36,450 bases of DNA from Macrostomum lignano (lineage: Eukaryota): positions 1 to 36,450 of the forward strand of contig NIVC01004743.1 of assembly GCA_002269645.1 (NCBI GenBank), given 5' to 3'. Below, piece by piece: positions 8,231 through 18,989 of this stretch; the first letter of the stretch is position 1; every line of letters begins with the position of its first letter. A program made the position numbers and the translations under genes. The notes beneath the pieces were generated by a model, which saw only the letters and a program-made list of their open reading frames with translations, had not been told where the DNA came from and did not search any database.

Positions 8231-10552
8231 ATGCAGCTGCCAGCAGCCATGAAGCCCGAATCCTCCACCGCCACCGTGGTGATCCGCTACGGCACGCCGG
8301 ATGACATGTACCAGGTGACCTGCCACGAGAAGGAGCTGGCCAAGTGTCACGAAAACATGCTGCAGTACTGCAGGCTGGGCAGCGAGGCGCACCGCCAGAT
8401 GCTCATGGACGGCCTGTTCAGGATTATGGTTGCCGAGGCCGAGGGCCGCGTCATCGGATACCTGCTGTACACCCCCTCCTACCTGCTGCGGCACGCTGAG
8501 CCGGGCTTCTACGTGCAGAGCTTGTACGTTGAGCCGCTGTACCGCAGGCACCAGGTGAGGCGTCCCTCTGTGTGATTGCACTGTGAATGCACTGTGAATG
8601 CACTGTGAATGCACTGTGAATGCACTGTGATTGCACTGTGAATGCACTGTGATTGCACTGTGAATGCACTGTGATTGCACTGTGAATGCACTGTGAATGC
8701 ACTGTGAATGCACTGTGAATGCACTGTGAATGCACTGTGAATGCACTGTGATTGCACTGTGAATGCACTGTGATTGCACTGTGAATGCACTGTGAATGCA
8801 CTGTGAATGCACTGTGAATGCACTGTGATTGCACTGTGAATGCACTGTGATTGCACTGTGAATGCACTGTGATTGCACTGTGAATGCACTGTGATTGCAC
8901 TGTGAATGCACTGTGATTGCACTGTGAATGCACTGTGAATGCACTGTGATTGCACTGTGATTGCACTGTGAATGCACTGTGATTGCACTGTGATTGCACT
9001 GTGAATGCACTTCTATTTGGGGCTGTGGCATAAATTCGCTGCGACTCCAGGCTATCCCACATTTTACTGTAAGAAACAGCATCTCATAATGCTCCACTGC
9101 ACCCCATAATATCCCACTGCACCCCAGAATACCCCACTGCACCCCATATTACCCCACTGCACCCCATAATACCCCACTGCACCCCAGAATACCCCACTGC
9201 ACCCCATATTACCCACTGCATCCCAAAATACCCCACTGCATTCCATAATACCTTACTGCACCCCATAATACCCCACTGCACCCCATAATACCCCACTGCA
9301 TCCCAAAATACCCCACTGCATTCCATAATACCCCACTGCACCCCATAATACCCCACTGCATTCCATAATACCCCACTGCATTCCATAATACCCCACTGCA
9401 CCCATAATACCCCACTGCATTCCATAATACCCCACTGCATCCCAAAATACCCCACTGCACCCCACGGTAGCACGGGGCATATTAAGAAGCCATAAATATC
9501 CCATACAACCAACCAGACCCGCACCGGCCCTCCCGCAGGTCGGCCAGTCGCTGCTGGCCACGCTGGGCCGCCTCGCCGCCTCCTCCGGCTTCGGCCACCT
9601 GAAGCTGTTGGTGCAGCACAGCAACGCGCCAGCCGTGAACTGCTACAGACGTCTGGGGTTCGATTTTCTAACCGAGACGGAGAACATCGGCTTCTTCGAG
9701 CTGTGGCCGCCGAAGTTTATCACTTCAACTCTGCAGGCGGGTCGCCGGCCGCTGCCCGCCGGCCTCCACCTGGAGCTGCGGGACTGCGGCGGCCGGCTGT
9801 CGGGCAAGCTGGACACTGGGCGGCGGTTCGCCCTGACCTGCGCGGCCTGCGACTGCCGCCTGCAGGGCACCGTCGCTCTGACCTACTGTATGTGGGACGG
9901 CCCTGTGGCTCAGGTGAGATTTCTAGATTTCTGATTGGCTCACACCATCTACCCAGTCCAGCTCTGATTGGCTGGCACTATGTACCCAACTCAGCTCTGA
10001 TTGGCTGGCTCTGTACCCAACTCAGCTCTGGTGGGCTGGCACTATGTACCCAGCTCAGCTCTGATTGGCTGGCACTATGTACACAGCTCAGCTCTGATTG
10101 GCTGGCACTATGTACCCAGCTCAGCTCTGATTGGCTGGCACTATGTACCCAGCTCAGCTCTGATTGGCTGGCACTATGTACCCAGCTCAGCTCTGATTCG
10201 CACGCTTCCCTTAAACGCTTTCCAGGCCGACTTGGAGGCGGTTCGGCCGAGCTGTCCGGCCCGCGGCTGCGCCCTGCTGAACGCGGCCAACCTCCGCCGG
10301 CTTTTCGGCCGGCTGCTGCTCACCTGCCTGCCTGTCCGGCCGGTCCGCCTGTGGCTGGAGGCCGGCCGCCGGGACTCCCGGCTGCGCCAGCTGCTCATCA
10401 AGATCGGGCTGGAGGACAGCACGGCCAGCGAGCTGTGGCACGTGTGCGACCTGTCCGGCCCCGGCCTGTCCGAGCTGGCCGGACGCAGCGTGGCCTGTCC
10501 GAGTGTTGGCCGACTGGCCATTGATGCAGGCGCCTTGACAGCGGAGCTTTGA
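8231..10552 (+). CDS. GNAT/SSAT-like two-domain acetyltransferase, paralog 4 (exons 8231..8554, 9539..9913, 10226..10552; ~341 aa)
   Basis: VIRYGTPDD...EKELAK...VIGYLLY...FYVQSLYVEPLYRRHQ|VGQSLL...NCYRRLGF...TYCMWDGPVAQ|ADLEAVRPSC...GLEDSTASELWHVC...LAGR. Both introns are GT-AG and phase 0 (8555-9538, 9914-10225). The start could also be the ATG at 8249. Confidence 0.88.
8571..9010. repeat. 11-bp intronic minisatellite, ~40 copies
   Basis: Unit TGTGA(A/T)TGCAC, in paralog 4 intron 1. Confidence 0.95.
9093..9463. repeat. ~20-bp intronic minisatellite, ~19 copies
   Basis: Unit ACCCCATAATACCCCACTGC with variants. Confidence 0.92.
9930..10197. repeat. 33-bp intronic minisatellite, ~8 copies
   Basis: Unit CAGCTCTGATTGGCTGGCACTATGTACCCAGCT fills paralog 4 intron 2. 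Confidence 0.92.
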
Positions 10553-10715
10553 AGCCCCTGCTTTGTTTTTAGCCGTGTCGTTTTGTGATTGTTTTTGTGT
10601 GGCTCACCAAGCACTGTCTATTGATCCTGTCTGGTTTTAGTTGCTATGCTGGACTCTTTTGTGTTCAGTTTTTATTGCTTATGGTAATACCGATTGATCA
10701 AGGATAAAGTCGCTA

Positions 10716-11645
<930 letters not shown>

Positions 11646-12573
11646 CTATTTTTACACTCTGTCAATATTTAAATTATCTGTGTCAAGCTGGGTTTGGTTT
11701 ACCGCCCAACTCCGCGTCTCACATTCAGTACACTTTAGTGCTGGTTGCATATGCTAAGATGCATTTCCACTTGCGGGTGCTCTGAAAGTCTGCAATCTGG
11801 TCTAATTTGGCCACTGCTATGTGCGGCAGACCCCTCACGCTATTGCCGTACTGTATTAAGCTTTCATCATTGTGACTTGATCTCCCCCTCATGTCTCCGA
11901 TTCGTAACGTCTGCTCGCTCCCTCTGTGTCCGATCTGTTGTCACAGGCATTTTTTACCGCGCTCTGACCGTCTTCAATGCGATCCTTTGCGATTTGTGAT
12001 CCTCAATTTGGGAATTCAATTGTGATTTCGTCTTTATTTACAATAACTCTTGCTTGCTTTACAATTTTGACTTGGTGATAAACATAATTTCCCCTCTACT
12101 GTACTCGTACTTATCTACTAAGTAGTCTGACGCGTAATTTTTTCCAAGCTGTGATTTTTATCAATAAATCGACTAATCGCTTAAAATAAGTTCGTCCTGT
12201 ACTTGTGTGCGACTTTCCAACTTGTTATTGTTTTGCTTCGAGCTGCCGGAACTACCAAATCTATCAAGAATGAACTCAAAGTTTCTTCAAGTGTTTTGAA
12301 AGCACTGGAATGCTAGCCGCGCACTGTGTGTTTATTTTCTTTAGTTTTGTTCCATGGACTGGCCGGTGTGTCTGGCCGGCGCAACACAGCAAATCTGACA
12401 GTCTTGAACTGGGCAAAAAGCGTGTGAAAGAAAGCGGGAAAAAGCAGAGATTAACAAGCAAGTAGTTAAAGTATTTGAGCGAAATAGCAGTGCGACTCAT
12501 GAGGATCCCTCATGAAGCTGGCTGAGTCAGAATGTCACCTGCAGCCTCAGGCGCTGCGGCTGAGGCTGCGATA

Positions 12574-12990
12574 GGATTTTGGGGATTCGATTTTAGGGAT
12601 TCTAAAATGTGGGATTAGATTTTGGGATTCTAAAATGTGGCACTCGATTTTGGGATTCTACAATGTGGGACTCGATTTTGGGATTCTAAAATGTGGCACT
12701 CGATTTTGGGATTCTACAATGTGGGACTCGATTTTGGGATTCTAAAATGTGGGACTCGATTTGGGGATTCTAATAAAATGTGGGATTTGATTTTGGGGAT
12801 TCTAAAATGTGGGATTGGATTTTGTAGATTCTAAAATTTGGGATTGGATTTTGGGATTCTAAAATGTGGGACTCGATTTTGGGATTCTAAAATGTGGGAC
12901 TCGATTTGGGGATTCTAATAAAATGTGGGATTGGATTTTGGGATTCTAAAATGTGGGATTGGATTTTGGGATTCTAAAATGTGGGATTTG
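12574..12990. repeat. ~28-bp minisatellite, ~14 copies
   Basis: Unit GGGATTCTAAAATGTGGGACTCGATTTT with variants. Degenerate copies reappear at ~13565-13600. Confidence 0.9.
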
Positions 12991-13048
12991 TTGGGTTCGA
13001 ATTTGATTTCAGACTGGATTTCGCTTTCACCGAACCTCTGGCTGTCAA

Positions 13049-13561
13049 TCAGTTGTCAACCGACTGTCTCAGCGACTCGTCGATGCTGAGCACCTGCGGC
13101 CGCAGCCGCTGCCGACCCGGCAGCTGGTGGTCGGAGCCGGTGCTGGGCAGGCAGAGGCGCCGGGGCTCGCGCTCCACCAGCCGGCCCTGCCGCTGCTGCT
13201 CGGCGAGGTGCTGCACGGACAGCCGCTGCTCGGACCGCGTCAGCGACTGCTGCAGAGGCGGCGAGGACGAGGCGGAGTCCGGGCCTGCGGCATGCTGGCT
13301 GGCCTGCCGCCTGACGCTGTGCTTTGCCCGCTCCTGTTGAGGCTGCTGCGGACCCTCCGGCTCTGAGCGGAGGCTGGTGACCCGGGGAGTTGCCTTCGGC
13401 TCCCGATGAAGAAGCTCTGATGCTGCTGCGGCTGGTGCGGCTCCTGCAGCGACGGCTGCTTCCTGGGCGTTGACCAGGCCTCGCGCAGGCCGCGGGCTGC
13501 CGCGAGCTGCTCCCAGGACTTGGCGAGCCGCCCGCTGCTGCTGCCGCCGCTTGACGACATT
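13049..13561 (-). CDS. Probable terminal coding exon of an unidentified minus-strand gene (low-complexity Q/S/R-rich protein)
   Basis: GC3-rich island between AT-rich repeats. Acceptor TTTTAGAAACCAG| at 13562 and TGA at 13051-13049. One frame is open across all 513 nt and ends ...RRQASQHAAGPDSASSSPPLQQSLTRSEQRLSVQHL...LSIDESLRQSVDN*. No recognisable domain. Confidence 0.6.
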   Translation of the reverse strand, partial: NVVKRRQQQRAARQVLGAARGSPRPARGLVNAQEAAVAAGAAPAAAASELLHREPKATPRVTSLRSEPEGPQQPQQERAKHSVRRQASQHAAGPDSASSSPPLQQSLTRSEQRLSVQHLAEQQRQGRLVEREPRRLCLPSTGSDHQLPGRQRLRPQVLSIDESLRQSVDN

Positions 13562-13860
13562 CTGGTTTCTAAAATTTGAGATTTGGGATTCCAGACTAAA
13601 CCGTTACGACATATAATTTAGGTTTGGGATTTGGAATAGTGGGTTCTAGATTTGCGATTTAAAATTAGATTGCGGACAATTATTGTCTTTGTGATTCGAG
13701 TTTGAGGTTTGAATTTTTTTAAACCTAGGATTCGGACTTTGAAATGATGGGCTTTTAGGTATACCTGAGTTGGAGATACAGGATGAGACCAGATACTCTT
13801 TGTTGTCAACCTTTGTTGGCCTGTTGTCAGCCTATCCCAATCCACGGTGTGCAACTCTCT

Positions 13861-14668
13861 GACAGACTCCCTGACAGACTTATTGACAGTCTCATTGACA
13901 GACTCCCTGACAGACTTATTGACAGTCTCATTGACAGACTCCCTGACAGACTTATTGACAGTCTCATTGACAGACTCCCTGACAGACTTATTGACAGTCT
14001 CATTGACAGACTCCCTGACAGACTTATTGACAGTCTCATTGACAGACTCCCTGACAGACTTATTGACAGTCTCATTGACAGACTCCCTGACAGACTTATT
14101 GACAGTCTTATTGACAGACTCCCTGACAGACTCGCTGACAGACTTATTGACAGTCTTATTGACAGTCTCATTGTCAGACTTATTGACAGTCTTATTGACA
14201 GTCTCATTGTCAGACTTATTTACAGTCTCATTGACAGTCTCATTGACAGTCTCATTGACAGTCTCATTGACAGACTTATTGACAGTCTCATTGACAGTCT
14301 CATCGACAGACTTATTGACAGACTCCCTGACGACTTATTGACAGTCTCATTGACAGTCTCATTGACAGACTCACTGACAGACTTATTGACAGTCTCATTG
14401 ACAGACTCCCACTCCCTGACAGACTTATTGACGGTCTCACTGACAGACTCCCACTCCCTAACAGACTCAGTAACAGACTCCCTGACAGACTTATTGACAG
14501 TCTCATTGACAGACTCCCTGACAGACTTATTGACAGTCTCATTGACAGAATCCCACTCCCTGACAGACTTATTGACAGTCTCATTAACGGACTCGCTGAT
14601 AGACTCTTAGATAATATTTATGACTACCTGACGGACTACCTGACGGACTACCTGACAGACTACCTGAT
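13861..14668. repeat. 12-bp-based minisatellite with a 36-bp higher-order unit
   Basis: GACAGACTCCCT+GACAGACTTATT+GACAGTCTCATT occurs as ~7 near-perfect 36-mers, then shuffled 12-mers, then CTACCTGACGGA units at ~14623-14668. Confidence 0.95.
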
Positions 14669-14696
14669 AGAAAACTCGAAGTTCTGTTCCGCCTAC

Positions 14697-14748
14697 CTTG
14701 GCAGGCCGCGCCAGGAGTCGCCCTCAGAGTTCTCTAGCCGTTGATGAG
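14697..14748 (-). CDS. Candidate 52-nt internal exon of the minus-strand gene
   Basis: On the minus strand: CCTTCTTTGTGAGCAG| ...HQRLENSEGDSWRGLP... AG|GTAGGC. The phase-2 end joins the 13561 exon as R-MSSSGGSSSGRLAKSWEQL. Upstream exons are not resolved. Confidence 0.3.
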
Positions 14749-15998
14749 CTGCTCACAAAGAAGGATTGATTCGACTGCTGCTGGCAGCTGTCGAGCTGAG
14801 ATGAGGCGTCGCCCGTCTAGGAGTTCAGCTCCCGCCTCAGGCCGGGCCTTATTAAGCGTATCTTGGGTTGCCGGCAGCCCACAGCCAACCAGAGCCGGCA
14901 TCCCTGCATCCCCGCCTGCCCCCAGTGCCTCCTTCCATTGTGCCCCAAACTCTCTGCACTGCAATTCGCATTGCAAGCCGCAGCGGCCGTGACCTGTGCT
15001 GGCTGGGGGTGGGCGAGGCCGCCAGTGAAACTCCTTCCAGCTTCTCTACCTCATCTGTCTGCGTGTTTTTTCTCCGCTCCCTCCCCCCCCCCACCCACCC
15101 AAGAGCTGGCGCAATGCGACTTCCGCAGACATCTGGACTGGATAGAATCCGGACCGACAGGCTCCGAGGCCGACGGCAAGAATTCTTGTACATTTTTGTG
15201 CATCAGAAATCAGCTTAGCAAAGTCTGCAAAATGCGGTTCGGCTCCGCGCAGGGAACCGCTGAACGGGGGAGGACAAAGGGGTCAGCTGCCTCCCCTTCA
15301 GTGAAAATGGGAGGTCAACAAGTTGACATATTGCCGTCAAGCTGGACTCATGCCCCCCCCCCTGGCAAATCAGTTGTTTGGCGGTGCCCGGGTCCATGCC
15401 ACTTTCAAGTTAACGTTATACAGGTTTCTAGTCCAGATGTTCATTCCCGCTAGAAGTCCCTGGCTGTCCCGCGCAATTTGTAGGAGATGTAGGCGAGGGA
15501 TTTCTATTTGGAGGGCTGACGCGGGGTCCGCACTGCATGCTGGAGCAGGGGACGCAGTTTAGTTGAATTCCCTGCAGCCAGAGTTGGCGGTCCGCGGCCC
15601 GCTCCTCACACTCACTCAGCCTCTCTCCTGTTCTTCATCGATAGACTCACAGGCGCCGACAAGGTGAGTTGCCGCCTTGCTGAGGAGGATTGCCCGCAGA
15701 GCAAAAGCAAGTCAGCCTAATAGCATCGCGATTTCCTATCTCTTTGGGCAGGACAAAATCCCACTGGCTTGCCAACTGGCAATGGCATTTTTAATGCATT
15801 TTATACGGCCGCGGCGATTGTAAATTTTTAACTTGGGTCCTCAGAATTTGATCCAGACGGCGGACAGTCATAAATCCCGGATTATCACTTTACTGCGGAG
15901 CCACCTTTGACGTCGGCGCGCTGCACAATTTCTCAATGCAGCGTCCACCCTGTGCAGTTTGATTCATTCCGGAAAATTCTCAGAAAATCCGGCACTTT

Positions 15999-17946
15999 GC
16001 AGAATCTAGCAGATTTCTAGCAGATTTTTAGCAGAATTCTAGCAGATTTCTAGCAGGTTTCTAGCAGATTTCTAGCAGGTTTCTAGCAGGTTTCTAGCAG
16101 ATTTTTACCTGATTTCTAGCAGGTTTCTAGCAGGTTTCTAGCAGGTTTCTAGCAGATTTTTACCTGATTTCTAGCAGGTTTCTAGCAGGTTTCGAGCAGA
16201 TTTCTACCACATTCTAGCAGATTTCTCACAGAATCTATAGCAGATTTCTCACAGAATCTATAGCAGATTTCTCACAGAATCTATAGCAGATTTCTCACAG
16301 ATTCTATAGCAGATTTCTCACAGAATCTATAGCAGATTTCTCACAGAATCTATAGCAGATTTCTCACAGAATCTATAGCAGATTTCTCACAGAATCTATA
16401 GCAGATTTCTCACAGAATCTATAGCAGATTTCTCACAGAATCTATAGCAGATTTCTCACAGAATCCAGCAGATTTCTCACAGAATCTATAGCAGATTTCT
16501 CACAGAATCCAGCAGATTTCTCACAGAATCTATAGCAGATTTCTCAGAATCTATAGCAGATTTCTCACAGAATCTATAGCAGATTTCTCAGAATCTATAG
16601 CAGATTTCTCACAGAATCCAGCAGATTTCTCACAGAATCTATAGCAGATTTCTCACAGAATCTATAGCAGATTTCTCACAGAATCTATAGCAGATTTCTC
16701 ACAGATTCTATAGCAGATTTCTCACAGAATCCAGCAGATTTCTCACAGAATCTATAGCAGATTTCTCACAGAATCTATAGCAGATTTCTCACAGAATCTA
16801 TAGCAGATTTCTCACAGAATCTATAGCAGATTTCTCACAGATTCTATAGCAGATTTCTCACAGAATCTATAGCAGATTTCTCACAGAATCTATAGCAGAT
16901 TTCTCACAGAATCTATAGCAGATTTCTCACAGAATCTATAGCAGATTTCTCACAGAATCTATAGCAGATTTCTCACAGAATCTATAGCAGATTTCTCACA
17001 GAATCTATAGCAGATTTCTCACAGAATCCAGCAGATTTCTCACAGAATCTATAGCAGATTTCTCACAGAATCCAGCAGATTTCTCACAGAATCTATAGCA
17101 GATTTCTCAGAATCTATAGCAGATTTCTCACAGAATCTATAGCAGATTTCTCAGAATCTATAGCAGATTTCTCACAGAATCCAGCAGATTTCTCACAGAA
17201 TCTATAGCAGATTTCTCACAGAATCTATAGCAGATTTCTCACAGAATCTATAGCAGATTTCTCACAGAATCTATAGCAGATTTCTCACAGAATCTATAGC
17301 AGATTTCTCACAGAATCTATAGCAGATTTCTCACAGAATCTATAGCAGATTTCTCACAGATTCTATAGCAGATTTCTCACAGATTCTATAGCAGATTTCT
17401 CACAGAATCTATAGCAGATTTCTCACAGAATCTATAGCAGATTTCTCACAGAATCTATAGCAGATTTCTCACAGATTCTATAGCAGATTTCTCACAGAAT
17501 CTATAGCAGATTTCTCACAGAATCTATAGCAGATTTCTCACAGAATCTATAGCAGATTTCTCACAGAATCTATAGCAGATTTCTCACAGAATCTATAGCA
17601 GATTTCTCACAGAATCTATAGCAGATTTCTCACAGAATCCAGCAGATTTCTCACAGAATCTATAGCAGATTTCTCACAGAATCTATAGCAGATTTCTCAC
17701 AGAATCCAGCAGATTTCTCACAGAATCTATAGCAGATTTCTCACAGAATCTATAGCAGATTTCTCACAGAATCCAGCAGATTTCTCACAGAATCTATAGC
17801 AGATTTCTCAGAATCTATAGCAGATTTCTCACAGAATCTATAGCAGATTTCTCAGAATCTATAGCAGATTTCTCACAGAACCCAGCAGATTTCTCACAGA
17901 TTCTATAGCAGATTTCTCACAGAATCTATAGCAGGTTTCTCACAGT
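15999..17946. repeat. Satellite: 11-bp units (15999-16216) switching to 23-bp units (~75 copies)
   Basis: GCAGATTTCTA, then GCAGATTTCTCACAGAATCTATA with 21-bp deletion variants. Confidence 0.97.
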
Positions 17947-18989
17947 CTCTTTATGGTCAATAATTCGTGAACTGCATAGCAAATTTCTAAAAGATTTCCA
18001 TCCGGCAGGAGTTAACTGCAGGATTTCAACTTCCTCAGGTGCAAGTGACAAGCACAAAAAGTTGCCAAAGCTCAGCACCGCCCACGCACAGCCGCTACCA
18101 GCTTTGGCCTCCCGTGCTCATAAAACTTCTCAAAAATGCAGCGGTTGCACCGCGCCTGTCGGACCAAATTTGGTGATAATTTTTTTGCTTTTCCCGCATA
18201 TCTCCACTCATATCAATAGCCTAAAAAGTCGTGTTCACGCCCACAGAAAAAAGCAACTTGCCGGCGTTTGCAGCGCGTATTAAACTGTCGGAGAGCAGTT
18301 GAATCTCTTGGCGCATTTTGGATTCTTATTGGGTTCGATTCCCCACAGGGAAACCCATTGGTTCAGTCACATTCAAGTATCGGGTGCCGAGCATCTAGAA
18401 ACAGGATGAGTACCGAGTACTCATCCAGCCCTTTGTATAATTTATTTCGCGCAACTACAATTCAATGAGCAAAACCAAAAAGCGCACTGAGGACTTTTCT
18501 TTGTTAATCTTCAACTTCACGGGAAAAATATCGCTTTTTGAAAGTTAATTTCCTGCCTTTTCTGGGAAATATTTTAGGTTGTGAATATTACTTTTAAAGT
18601 TTCAATCCTTTATCAAAACTTTTGAAACATCAAAACTTTTGAACATCAAAACTTCAGTTGCGATTTTTTATTATAAATTACTCGTCAAAACTAGATTAAA
18701 AACGAGTACAGAGTCCCCTGCTGGGGATCATCTTTCTAAAGCTCCCCGGCCCTGCAAGCTGTCAAGCAGATCAAGCCTTCGCATCTGTTGTCAACCTTTG
18801 AAAATCAACCGGCTGAGGTTCGAACCCATCAATGCAACCCATTTTTTATTAGAGGCAGGGGGTTGTGTGCACCCTGGCGCACTTTAAGCGACATGGGCAC
18901 ACAACCGGCGAGAGGCATTACTGCCCATTCCGCCGACTCCCCTGAGCAGGCATACAAGCGCGCGGATACGTACGCAGGCACACACTCAC

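Noticed and set aside
14734-15562. Short ORFs on both strands (e.g. 14852-15193 minus, MYKNSCRRPRSLS...) as the first exon of the minus-strand gene
   Set aside because: I could not find a phase-compatible splice path to the downstream exons, and there is no recognisable domain.
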